Shown: one piece after another, positions 20,516 to 29,060 of the stretch | How the letters are laid out: every line of letters begins with the position of its first letter | Position numbering within the stretch: position 1 is the stretch's first letter | DNA from: Minisyncoccia bacterium | GTDB taxonomy: Bacteria > Patescibacteriota > Minisyncoccia > Phycocordibacterales > UBA9973 | Direction: 5' to 3' | NCBI GenBank assembly: GCA_049287305.1 | Contig: JBAQFO010000009.1 | Coordinates: 26,259-90,258, forward strand | DNA length: 64,000 nucleotides | Translations under genes and position numbers: made by a program | Notes under the pieces: model-generated | Seen by the model: the letters and a program-made list of their open reading frames with translations, nothing else | Told to the model about the DNA's origin: nothing | Database searches by the model: none

Positions 20516-20566
20516 TTTTGCGACACGATAACTAAGAACACTTTTCCAAGCTATGGTGTCGCAAAA
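20516..20566. promoter_or_regulatory. Perfect 11-bp inverted repeat TTTTGCGACAC-N29-GTGTCGCAAAA upstream of the GC-rich gene
   Basis: Seen directly in the sequence. The same TTGCGACAC half-site recurs upstream of the second GC-rich secreted gene at 24763-24771. Confidence 0.35.
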
Positions 20567-20699
20567 AATAAATTATTTAAAAGATCGTATATTATTTCTA
20601 ATATACGTATATCACATTTATAGAGAAAAGTCAAGAGGACTCTGAACATTATCTTCCCCTTTGGAGCTACCGACCGAGGGGGACGAAGTGTGAAAAATT

Positions 20700-21062
20700 C
20701 TATTGCTTGAGAGACAGTTGTACTTGAAAGTCTTTAAAAGTGGAGTCTTCTATAATATCAGTTGTGACCATAGGTTGAAGTTGTTCTTTTAATTGTGCCA
20801 ACAAGGCTCTAGTGGCTTCATGTCCGCCTAAGTATGTGACAATGTCTTTTGAAATCATGAAACCAGCACCTCCCGTCCTAGCAAGATTACCGGCGCACAT
20901 GACTGCGTTTGAAGCTGTTAAAAGTTCTTCAGGAATTTGAGCGTCGATCCAATTTTGGATTACTTGTTGTTGCAAAAGAACTTCTTTCCGAAGTCGATTA
21001 AGCTTTCTTACATCTTCTATCCCTACTGAAGGAGGAGTCTCAAAAGTATTTTCCTTGGGCAT
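20700..21062 (-). CDS. Hypothetical protein
   Basis: 120-aa ORF with no recognisable motif. Confidence 0.35.
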   Translation of the reverse strand: MPKENTFETPPSVGIEDVRKLNRLRKEVLLQQQVIQNWIDAQIPEELLTASNAVMCAGNLARTGGAGFMISKDIVTYLGGHEATRALLAQLKEQLQPMVTTDIIEDSTFKDFQVQLSLKQ

Positions 21063-21125
21063 ATACTTAAGTATACTGGATCAATTTTGTTTGTCTATCG
21101 TTTAATAATGCTACCTCCGGAGTCT

Positions 21126-21596
21126 TTAAGTGGTTGCTTCGGAAAGAATGTCGTTTACCATAAGAGAAAATTCAAGCGCATCCTCTACACATGCAGAAGG
21201 AGCCTTAGACTCTATAAACTCTCCGGCCATTACGTAATTACCTACCAAATTGGTTGCGAACATTGTGTATCTGGCAACCGAAGTCATCCCCCAGTTCCAT
21301 CGACCGGAAGGATAAACTCCTTCCATCACAGCCTCGGCGCCAAGCTGGGAATACTTTTTTCGAACCGCGACAAGATTCTTACCTTTTCTGGCGTCGTATG
21401 TGGACGCAAGAATTTCATCGCTTTCTGTATCGTATACCAAAATTCCTGCGATTTCCTTATCTTCTAACTTAAATTTTTCAAAGAGCTTTTGAAGCTCTTG
21501 AACTTTTCTATCAGTGACCTCGAAGCTGACTACTGTTTGCATATTCTTAATATTCGTTAATAAATTGATAATGGCGACTTTCAATAAGTTTTTCAA
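21126..21596 (-). CDS. Hypothetical protein
   Basis: 156-aa ORF; the start may be the internal Met (MQTVV). Confidence 0.35.
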   Translation of the reverse strand: MKNLLKVAIINLLTNIKNMQTVVSFEVTDRKVQELQKLFEKFKLEDKEIAGILVYDTESDEILASTYDARKGKNLVAVRKKYSQLGAEAVMEGVYPSGRWNWGMTSVARYTMFATNLVGNYVMAGEFIESKAPSACVEDALEFSLMVNDILSEATT

Positions 21597-21655
21597 AAAG
21601 TAAAGAAAGTGTCAATCAAACTGTTCGGAAACTACTCTGCGATAGAAAAGTTTAT

Positions 21656-21949
21656 TTATACACCTAATTGAGTAATGAAATTGCTTACAAATCCCTGGGG
21701 GAATGTTTTCAATCGTTCATGAAAAGAAGAGAGTGACGGCACTTCAGAAAAAGAGTTTTCGCAATATTTTAAAGCCTCCCGAAAAGAAAATCCTCCAAGC
21801 CTTTGGATAGAAGCCACAGTAAGGATGAAGCTATCTGAATATGTTTTTGGTCTTCCCCCTTCGAGATTATTTTCTGGCAACGCATGCGAACGAATGAATT
21901 CTTTGGCCAACTTATGCAATTTTTTCGGCTTGATTACTATTTTTCTCAT
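21656..21949 (-). pseudogene. IS4/IS5-family transposase N-terminal fragment (IS remnant)
   Basis: GRPKTYSDSFILTVASIQRLGGFSFREA resembles the conserved N-terminal region of IS5/IS1182-type DDE transposases. Only 97 aa are present and the DDE domain is absent. Confidence 0.4.
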
Positions 21950-21972
21950 GTGCTGTATTTATTGGACAAAGT

Positions 21973-22380
21973 TCAATTAGCTTTGACAGCCTTAGCTTCA
22001 ACCATTGTTTTAAACCCGCCATAGGCGAACCGCTTCATATCGAATGGCATGGGCTGATTTTCATATTTCTTCTTGTTTTCAGGGCTGTCCATTTCTTTCA
22101 TAACTTTTTTATTAACTTCATCGCGGTGCTTGCGAGACTTGTATACAATCCAAGAGAAAACGACGGTTTCATCCTTTTTCAACCTAGAGAGTTTCACGAA
22201 TCCCTGTCCCATTCCCTTCTTTACTTTCAAATCATCTCCCACGCATTCAAAATATTCCAATGCGCCGTATTTTTTCCAAGTATTCGCTCCCCACTCTGCC
22301 ATCTTCTTGTAAGCGGCAATATCCTTCTTTTTAATAGGGATAACAAATCCGTCAACATATTTTTTACTGTTTGTTTTCAT
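21973..22380 (-). CDS. DUF1428-family protein (YbaA-like)
   Basis: N-terminal KYVDGFVIPIKKKDIAAYKKMA ... GALEYFECVGDD matches the DUF1428 pattern. Confidence 0.6.
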   Translation of the reverse strand: MKTNSKKYVDGFVIPIKKKDIAAYKKMAEWGANTWKKYGALEYFECVGDDLKVKKGMGQGFVKLSRLKKDETVVFSWIVYKSRKHRDEVNKKVMKEMDSPENKKKYENQPMPFDMKRFAYGGFKTMVEAKAVKAN

Positions 22381-22480
22381 ATATTTATATAGACGATTTA
22401 TCTTTTAATATATTACTAATATTAACAGATAATTTAACATTTAACATGGATTCCGAATTTGCCTCGCTTGCAGGCTATGA

Positions 22481-23866
22481 TTGGCATGGAGTAAGTTAGA
22501 ATGGCCATTGTGTTACAATAAAAAAATGTGGTTAAACACAAAAACACCTTGCGCATCGTCGTTTACTTTCGGTTTATATAAAGTTGATACTCTTCGTTCA
22601 ATCATCACCTTTACCTACCATGTGGAATTTCAAAGCGGGAGAGTGAAGACTTTTACTGACCGACTCTTCTTCCCAGACGTGGCGCCAGAGATGTGGGAGA
22701 AGGTTCCTAAGACGGTGCTAGAGCCAACGCTTCAAGCTCTTCTAATAATGCTCGGTATTAACTACTGGTGCGTCTTTCCCACAAAGAACATTCGCATTGA
22801 AGGGTTTACTCTCACCCGTGCGCAGGCACACTTTTGGGACTCACTCTACTTGAATGGACTTGGAGAATTTTTCTACGACATGCAAATGGATTTCAATAAT
22901 CTCATCACGTTTCCGTTTGACGATTCTCTCCCCGTGCCTACCCCCGCGCGTTTAGTTCGCGCAATTGACCAGCCTGGACGGGCGCTTCTACTAAATGGTG
23001 CGGGGAAAGATTCTATCCTTTCTGCGGAAATGTTAAAGGCCTCGGAAAGGCCGTTTGATTTTTTCGCTTTTGCCCCAACGCCTGCCCACAAGCGCATCGC
23101 CAAGCTTGTGGGCGCGAAAACAATAAGAGTCAGCCGTCGCCGCGACCCACGCGTTGAAAGAATTATGGTATGGTCTAGGATATCAAATGCTTACCCATCG
23201 GTCTCAACCTTCACCTTCATCGCCACATTACTTGCGGAACTTCTCGGCTACAATTCAATCGTTTTCTCCAACGAAAAGAGTGCTGATTTCGGCAATCTCA
23301 CTTACCTCGGCCTGCCAGTGAACCATCAATGGTGTAAATCTTCCACTGCAGAAAAGATGGTCAATGACTACATCCAGTCCTTTATAACCCCCGACATAGC
23401 AACCTCCTCACTATTGCGAGAATTCAGCGAACTTGAGATTGTGCGGCGCTTTGTGCACTATCCAAAATACCTCCGCCATGTCACGAGCTGTAATATGTAT
23501 TTTTGGCTCCCTCCCCTAATGCAGCATCTGTCGCGGACGTCGTACTGGTGCGAGCGATGCCCGAAATGCGTGTTCCTCTTCGCATCCTTCGCGGCATTTT
23601 TGCCGAAAAAAGAAGTGGTGGACATGTTCGGCTCCGACCTTTATGCTAAAAAGCGCCTTCTACCACTTGTGAGACGCATCCTTGGCATTGAAGGCTTTAA
23701 ACCGCTAGATTGTGTCGGCGAACCCGAAGAAATGATTCTTGCCATGCATTATTCGGCACAACGCGGAGAATATGCCAGCGAGCCGGCGATGGAACTTTTT
23801 CTAGAACATTTTCCGTCAAACCACGGTTTTGATGAAATCGCGCGAAGAGTCTTCACTCAAAAGTAA
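22481..23866 (+). CDS. Hypothetical protein, possibly PP-loop ATP-pyrophosphatase-like, GC-rich (~50%)
   Basis: NGAGKDS resembles the SGGxDS PP-loop. A C-terminal CERCPKC cysteine cluster. Elevated GC relative to the flanks. Confidence 0.4.
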   Translation: MAWSKLEWPLCYNKKMWLNTKTPCASSFTFGLYKVDTLRSIITFTYHVEFQSGRVKTFTDRLFFPDVAPEMWEKVPKTVLEPTLQALLIMLGINYWCVFPTKNIRIEGFTLTRAQAHFWDSLYLNGLGEFFYDMQMDFNNLITFPFDDSLPVPTPARLVRAIDQPGRALLLNGAGKDSILSAEMLKASERPFDFFAFAPTPAHKRIAKLVGAKTIRVSRRRDPRVERIMVWSRISNAYPSVSTFTFIATLLAELLGYNSIVFSNEKSADFGNLTYLGLPVNHQWCKSSTAEKMVNDYIQSFITPDIATSSLLREFSELEIVRRFVHYPKYLRHVTSCNMYFWLPPLMQHLSRTSYWCERCPKCVFLFASFAAFLPKKEVVDMFGSDLYAKKRLLPLVRRILGIEGFKPLDCVGEPEEMILAMHYSAQRGEYASEPAMELFLEHFPSNHGFDEIARRVFTQK

Positions 23867-23895
23867 AACACCCTTTTAGGGTGCTGAACTTTTTG
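23861..23895. repeat. 35-bp terminator-like element, copy 1 (direct repeat of 24970-25004)
   Basis: aagtaaaacacccttttagggtgctgaactttttg, containing the hairpin caccc-ttt-agggtg. An identical copy lies next to the tRNA-Asn 3' end. Confidence 0.7.
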
Positions 23896-24163
23896 AGGGT
23901 AAAGGTAAATTATGCATAAATTCTAGAAAATCTTCAACGTTATATCCCGTGAGCCTTCTAAACTCCTCAGCACCTTCTTTAGCTTTTTTTGCAGCACCTT
24001 CGGGATCATTACCTGGCGTAATACTATAGTGAGAATATTGACCCAACGCTTTGTCTATAGCCTCTCCCATTGCTTTTCGATCTGGCCACCACTGACCGGC
24101 CGCAAAGCCCACCCATTTTCGAAAAGTTCCTTCTTTACTCTCAGTTTTCCTTTCTCCCTCCAT
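23876..24163 (-). CDS. Hypothetical protein
   Basis: 95-aa ORF inside the 1.1 kb segment bounded by the 35-bp direct repeats. Confidence 0.3.
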   Translation of the reverse strand: MEGERKTESKEGTFRKWVGFAAGQWWPDRKAMGEAIDKALGQYSHYSITPGNDPEGAAKKAKEGAEEFRRLTGYNVEDFLEFMHNLPLPSKSSAP

Positions 24164-24372
24164 GTGTAAAGTTTAATATTTTTTGGATAAGTATGCAAAC
24201 CAACCAACCTTGCTCCAAACTTGGAATGAAGTTCGAAAGACAATATTAGAAGAAAAACTTATTTAAAAGAAAAGCCACCCGCAGAGTTGCCACGGGGGCT
24301 TCTCTTTGGGCGGCAGATGTGTCGCGTTTTTGTTTTAGGTCTCGCGGTTAGACCGCAGCTCTCGCTCCCGTC

Positions 24373-24732
24373 CTAGTCGCCCCCGTACCAGTTGTGACCG
24401 CTGCCGTTCGGTTGTAAACCGAACTTGGAATCCACTGCTCTGTCTATGTCTTCTGCAGTGTAAGAGTCCGGAACGTAGAAGACGGGCTGACCTTCTACCG
24501 TCAGAACCTTCACCTTGAAAAGCGAAGGGGTCGGCTTTGCCGTTGTTGTAGCTACCGGACCTTTTGTCAGAGACTGCTGCTTCTCGACGGGGTTGGTTTT
24601 TGCACCCAGCAGGTTTGCGCTCATCAGGTGATTGATAATGCATTTTCCGGAATACAAATGCGAGAAAAGGTCGCCGACGATGATGACGAGTGCAATAACC
24701 ATCACTGCTCGTAAAGGACTTATGCGTTTCAT
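24373..24732 (-). CDS. Small secreted protein, GC-rich (~55-60%)
   Basis: N-terminal hydrophobic signal/anchor, an RBS aggagaa, and the TTGCGACAC motif 31-39 nt upstream of the ATG. Confidence 0.45.
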   Translation of the reverse strand: MKRISPLRAVMVIALVIIVGDLFSHLYSGKCIINHLMSANLLGAKTNPVEKQQSLTKGPVATTTAKPTPSLFKVKVLTVEGQPVFYVPDSYTAEDIDRAVDSKFGLQPNGSGHNWYGGD

Positions 24733-24969
24733 GACGTTCTCCTAGTGTTGCGGGTCTGGTTCGTGTCGCAACGCACGTTGGTTGATTTGTCGGTTGGGCA
24801 AAGAGGTGGTAAGCAATAAAAACTGCTTTCTGACTTGGACGCCTAAATGTTCAAAAAACGCTTAGGTATCCAAGCCAAAATTTTTTCAAAGAGCGGTATT
24901 AATTCGGCTTAAAATTACCATGCTTTTATAGATTTGTAAATAGCGATGGCGGAGCTCTCTCGGCTAAAA

Positions 24970-25004
24970 AAGTAAAACACCCTTTTAGGGTGCTGAACTT
25001 TTTG
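24970..25004. repeat. 35-bp terminator-like element, copy 2 (terminator of tRNA-Asn on the minus strand)
   Basis: Identical to 23861-23895. On the minus strand the hairpin is followed by a T-run, directly downstream of the tRNA 3' end. Confidence 0.7.
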
Positions 25005-25054
25005 TAAAAAACATTGCTCCGGGGGTAGGGATCGAACCTACGACCAATCGCTTA

Positions 25055-25608
25055 CATGTTGTCTCCTATTACTAGAAGCATGGACTATATCATATCCATA
25101 TTCTGAAAATTCAGAACTTAGGACCAAGGCGCTTCGTCCGACCTTGCGTCGGACTACTCCACTAAGTGGATAGTCTCTACACCTTTTCTGACTTTGCGTC
25201 AGAACTTGGCTCGGGATTACCCCGCAAAAGGGTTTCCCCGAATTCACCTCGTTTTTCAATCTACTTTTCAATAGAAAGCTGCGTAATGCCTGCCTCGACT
25301 TCTCGATGGCAATTTGCACAAAGTAGAACACACTTATCAAGTTCAAGTCGTGTTTTTTCCCACGATCTTGTGTAGCCTTTATCTCCAATGCCGAAACTTT
25401 TTTCTGACCTATTGATATGGTGAAGCTCTAAAGCTCCAGCGCATTTCTTATAGCCACAAATTTGGCAGTGTCCACCTTTGTATTCGATAGACATGGATTT
25501 AACTTTTTTTCTTCTTTTGGCTACGGCTTTGATAAGCGCCTCTCTTCTGTCGACATACTTTCTGGTGTCTGGCATATATAACCATTATACCAAAAAAGTC
25601 TTTGTCTC
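25055..25608 (-). mobile_element. Group I intron (IC3-like, Azoarcus/cyanobacterial tRNA-intron type) carrying an HNH ORF
   Basis: The intron core contains AAGGTGTAGAGACTA (R/P7 element, near-identical to the Azoarcus tRNA-Ile intron) and GATATAGTCC (S/P7' element). The last intron nucleotide is G and the last exon-1 nucleotide is U. Confidence 0.65.
25261..25575 (-). CDS. HNH homing endonuclease encoded within the tRNA intron
   Basis: CQICGYKKC ... LELHHINRSEKSF ... CVLLCANCHRE: an HNH motif with Zn-binding cysteines. The ORF starts 30 nt inside the intron. Confidence 0.7.
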   Translation of the reverse strand: MPDTRKYVDRREALIKAVAKRRKKVKSMSIEYKGGHCQICGYKKCAGALELHHINRSEKSFGIGDKGYTRSWEKTRLELDKCVLLCANCHREVEAGITQLSIEK

Positions 25609-25710
25609 ACAGGCGACCGCTCTACCGCTGAGCTACCCCGGAGCGATGTTTTTTACTCTTTAAATTTTATAAAGAACTTTTGATATCTTAGCAGAAAAGA
25701 TAGAAAAAAC

Positions 25711-25738
25711 AAAACGCCCTTATGGGGCGTTTTGTTTG
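25711..25738. terminator. Bidirectional terminator hairpin
   Basis: aaaacgcccttatggggcgtttt. Confidence 0.55.
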
Positions 25739-25752
25739 GGAACTAAGTATTT

Positions 25753-26715
25753 TTACCTGCTCCCACTGCCGCTATTTGACCCACTGTCGTCGTCATTATC
25801 ATCACTATCGTCATCACTACTATCGTCCTTTCCGGAATCATCGTCTGCATCCGAGTCATCGCCAGAATCATCTTCTATATCGCTATCATCATCCGAATCC
25901 TCAACCTTGTCTTCATCGTCCTCTGTTTCTATTTTGAGAACAGCCCCTATCTTTTCTGCTGTTAAAGTTGGAAACTTAACTAAAATAGCGGCAATTATTC
26001 CTTCTTTGGTATTGGCAGAAGTGGCGAAAGTTGTTTTTTCGTCATTTACCTCCACCTCAACAATAGTTTTGTCAGATAGGATTTTTGCTTCGGCTTCTTC
26101 AATTCCCTTTTTTAAACTATCCCAAGAACCACTATCTTCTGTTTTTGTTTTTATTTCAATTTCTCCGTTTTTTACCTCAATGCGCATTCGTCCTTCTTCC
26201 GTTCGGACTTCAATTTTAGATTTATTTTCTCCCTGGTCCTTTATTTCTATTTTTTCGGGACCTTGGTCAAATTTTATCCTAAGCTTATCGTCAGAAACTT
26301 CCACCCTGGCGTCCGCGGGCAACTTATCCAAATACGCGCTAAGTTCTGCGGCCAATGTTGCTAAGCGAGCGTCTTCTACTTCGCCTCCTTCATCAATATC
26401 AGTGAGGAGGTCAAGGGCGTATTCTATGCCCATTTTTACATCTTCATCCTTCGCATCTCCGTCGTCCAAAACTTCATCTGTTTCGTCGGAAACATCATTG
26501 TCTTCTACCTCAAGTTCTTTTACCTCTTTTAGCCTCTCTTCCGCAAAACGGACGCGAAGCTCATTCTTATTTTCTTCGCTGGTAAATGACAATCTTGCGT
26601 TTTCTACCGCCCTATCAAGACCAAACAAAGCATCTCCGGGACGCGCATCATCAGACACAACGGCAGTGCCCCCTACTCCGAGAGCCAATGCCAAAACAAT
26701 AAATAGTCCTATCAT
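25753..26715 (-). CDS. Membrane-anchored acidic (D/E-rich) repeat protein
   Basis: The start is taken at MIGLFIVLALALG (TM anchor). Structured KIEIK/RIEVK repeats are followed by a poly-acidic tail. The antisense (+) ORF is a Ser-rich mirror and is judged spurious. Confidence 0.45.
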   Translation of the reverse strand: MIGLFIVLALALGVGGTAVVSDDARPGDALFGLDRAVENARLSFTSEENKNELRVRFAEERLKEVKELEVEDNDVSDETDEVLDDGDAKDEDVKMGIEYALDLLTDIDEGGEVEDARLATLAAELSAYLDKLPADARVEVSDDKLRIKFDQGPEKIEIKDQGENKSKIEVRTEEGRMRIEVKNGEIEIKTKTEDSGSWDSLKKGIEEAEAKILSDKTIVEVEVNDEKTTFATSANTKEGIIAAILVKFPTLTAEKIGAVLKIETEDDEDKVEDSDDDSDIEDDSGDDSDADDDSGKDDSSDDDSDDNDDDSGSNSGSGSR

Positions 26716-27164
26716 ATATATTTTTATTAAATTAATTTCTAATCCTCTAATTATACCACCATCAACTGACACAACAAGCCCTTAGTGGCACACACCACGC
26801 CTCAACAGAAAAGAAGCCGGGAGGATGAATTAAATCACCGCCGACTTCTTATCCGCGAGATGCGGAAATTCTACTACCATTGCCTCTTCCGCCACTTTGA
26901 AAGGCGCGCAGACGAGGCTTCCATTGATGATGTCGTAGTCGTGGATGATGAATCCTTTCGGTTCCGTCTCCACGACCGACTCAAACTTGGGGAAAATACT
27001 CTCACCGCAATGTATGCACTTCATACGAGTCTCCTCATCCCTGGAACATCTTTTGAATAATTATATCTTATTTGCCTCTAATGCCCTAGCCAAAGAGACG
27101 AGACTTCCCCGGACACAAGGTATATAATTAGTTCATTACAATATTTAATGTTTTCTAATTTATT

Positions 27165-27530
27165 ATGACAAATGAAAAAAAGTTTGAATGGGTTTTAAGA
27201 ATCGGAGTAGCGGGAGAATTTTTAGGGCATGGCGTTTTTGCCGTCCTTGGAAAGGCGGATTGGATAAAGTGGACAGAGCAGCTGACCGGCTTTGACACTG
27301 CCACCGCCACGATTTTCATGACCATTGTGGGAGTAGTGGATATTTTATTAGCGCTCCTTATTCTTTGGAAGCCCGTAAAACCTCTCCTTTTATGGATGGC
27401 TTTCTGGGGATTCTGGACCGCATTGGTTCGTCCACTTGTAGGTTTGCCAATTTGGGATTTCGTTGAAAGAGCAGCGAACTGGGCTGCTCCCCTTGCTCTT
27501 TACTTTTTCTACAAGAGCAAAGGCAGATAG
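27165..27530 (+). CDS. Hypothetical small membrane protein (4 TM)
   Basis: 121 aa; the hydrophobicity pattern is the only support. Confidence 0.4.
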   Translation: MTNEKKFEWVLRIGVAGEFLGHGVFAVLGKADWIKWTEQLTGFDTATATIFMTIVGVVDILLALLILWKPVKPLLLWMAFWGFWTALVRPLVGLPIWDFVERAANWAAPLALYFFYKSKGR

Positions 27531-27582
27531 TTGCTTACCCTATACTGTTTTTTAATTTTTAAAAATTAAAAAAAATTGTGTT

Positions 27583-28617
27583 CTAGATTATTTTGAAGAA
27601 AAGACGAATTACGGGAAACAAAATGTAATCCCAAATTTGCGGCTTGAAACTCAGAGGGTCAAATAAAGTTGATTCATTTTTCCATCCTTCAATTATTCCT
27701 CGGAGCTTATCCACTGCTTTTTTTTCTTTAAAGAGTATCCCCACTTCGGAATTTAATTCAAAAGACAGAAAATCTAAATTATGGGACCCTAAAATTGCTT
27801 CCTCTTGGTCCACAATCATTGCTTTAGCATGGTTCATGCGGGGCAAGAGAAAAAAGTTAACGCCTAGCTTGGAAAGCTTAAACATAAAAAAGTAAGCCAC
27901 CCGGTCAGGAATGAAATGATTGCCTCTTTGAGGCACTAGCACTTCCACTCGGACCCCGCGGAGAACGGCCTGGTGGAGAATAGCGATAAACCAGTGTTTC
28001 GGCATAAAATATGGAGTAATTAAAACGATGCTGCTCTTGGCTTCATTGACTGTTTTTTTGTAAATTTTTTTCAGAGAATACCGCTGGCTTATCGGAAAAT
28101 TTTCTATCAGCCAAGTGCGTGTCTTGTTCAAAAATATTCTTCTATTCTGCGCAAGGATAAGCGGGTCTTTGCCGCCACAGTCAGCATATACTTTGGCGAA
28201 AGATGAAATAATAGCTAGCACGAGTTTTTTCCCTTTTACCTCCACTGCCAGGTCGTCCCACATACGAGCTACTTGGTGAAAATTAACTCCGCCGATAAAA
28301 GCCAGGCTTTCGTCCACTACAAGGATTTTTCTGTGAATCCTGTGCCTGAATCTGCTGAAGAAATGCACCTCAGTCCCGCTCTGCCGGAGGTCGGCAACGG
28401 CTTCCTTGCTAAGGAGAGAACTGCCGAAAGAGTCCAGCACTACCCTAACCCTTAGCCCTTTTTCCGATTTCTTTTTTAACAAGGTAATAAAATCAAAACG
28501 GCGCATGTCGTCATTGAAAATATACATCTCTAAATATACGGATTCTTTCGCGTCTTTTATTGCTCCATACATAGCTTGCCACGTGGAGTAAGAACTGGCA
28601 AAAAATTTATAACGCAT
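27583..28617 (-). CDS. Phospholipase D / cardiolipin synthase-family protein
   Basis: Two HKD motifs: HRKILVVDESLAFIGGVNF and HAKAMIVDQEEAILGSHNLD. Confidence 0.75.
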   Translation of the reverse strand: MRYKFFASSYSTWQAMYGAIKDAKESVYLEMYIFNDDMRRFDFITLLKKKSEKGLRVRVVLDSFGSSLLSKEAVADLRQSGTEVHFFSRFRHRIHRKILVVDESLAFIGGVNFHQVARMWDDLAVEVKGKKLVLAIISSFAKVYADCGGKDPLILAQNRRIFLNKTRTWLIENFPISQRYSLKKIYKKTVNEAKSSIVLITPYFMPKHWFIAILHQAVLRGVRVEVLVPQRGNHFIPDRVAYFFMFKLSKLGVNFFLLPRMNHAKAMIVDQEEAILGSHNLDFLSFELNSEVGILFKEKKAVDKLRGIIEGWKNESTLFDPLSFKPQIWDYILFPVIRLFFKII

Positions 28618-29060
28618 TCGGTTATTGTAGCAGTAAATGAAGGGGAGTAAAGCTGTACAGGAGTCTCTCCCTCGACTAAAATTTTTTCGTCAAAAAATTT
28701 TGTCTGGGCACCAGCTCGCAAAATTTCCAGCTGGAAATTTATTGCTCCGCTGTTCTCGTCCTGACGCAAGCAAAGCAGTTTGCTTGCTTACGGTCCACGC
28801 AGCAAAAAAGGCCATTTTTCGATGACCTTTTTTCTACTCGTGGACTTAGTATATCAAAGTTGGAACCAATTAGAAAGCTGGGTTTTTCAGGCGTGTGAAG
28901 CGATTAAACGAAACTTGATGTTTAAAAATAACCCTGTTTATGCTCAGTAAAAGATTCTGTTGGTATCACAAGATAGGAATTAAACTTTAGGTACTCTTAC
29001 TATTCCTTACAGATATACACAGACTTACTACTTTTCTCAATTCTATGGTAGACTTTCAAT

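Larger units (their letters stand above)
25017..25642 (-). tRNA. tRNA-Asn(GUU) interrupted in the anticodon loop by a ~554-nt group I intron (exon 1 25609-25642, intron 25055-25608, exon 2 25017-25054); His(GUG) is the alternative reading
   Basis: Exon 1 reads TCCGGGG-TA-GCTC-AGCGGTA-GAGC-G-GTCGC-CTGT. Exon 2 reads TAA-GCGAT-TGGTC-GTAGG-TTCGATC-CCTAC-CCCCGGA-G. The joined anticodon loop CUGUUAA is canonical for Asn and the discriminator is G73. All stems pair. Confidence 0.7.

Noticed and set aside
19729-20535. 268-aa plus-strand ORF covering the GC-rich island
   Set aside because: It is antisense to a 222-aa ORF that has a clean signal peptide, an RBS and a terminator. Long spurious antisense ORFs are expected in GC-rich DNA, and the translation is low-complexity with no motif.
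25015-25242. A possible tmRNA or one long (228-nt) tRNA-like gene using a TTCGGGG 5' acceptor at 25236-25242
   Set aside because: A perfect 5' tRNA half (acceptor, D-arm, anticodon stem) was found further upstream at 25609-25642 and pairs exactly with the 3' half. The intervening sequence carries group I intron core motifs. No tag-peptide reading frame ending in a hydrophobic ALAA-like tail was found.
25038-25388. 116-aa minus-strand ORF overlapping the intron core and HNH gene
   Set aside because: It lies in the conserved ribozyme core (R/S elements) of the group I intron and overlaps the HNH ORF in another frame; most likely non-coding.
25736-26785. 349-aa Ser-rich plus-strand ORF
   Set aside because: It is the mirror image of the D/E-rich minus-strand gene (GAT/GAC/GAA codons read as TC-rich serine codons). 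The minus-strand product has a TM anchor and structured repeats, so the plus ORF is judged an artefact.
26830-27024. 64-aa minus-strand ORF with several Cys residues
   Set aside because: It is short, has no RBS or motif support, and sits in a region where both strands give ORFs. It is left unannotated.
28770-28800. 10-bp match (tacggtccac) to the tRNA-Ala 3' end, considered as a possible attL of the island
   Set aside because: The match is only 10-12 bp and in inverted orientation relative to the tRNA. It is within chance expectation for a 64 kb window, so the left boundary of the island is left undefined.
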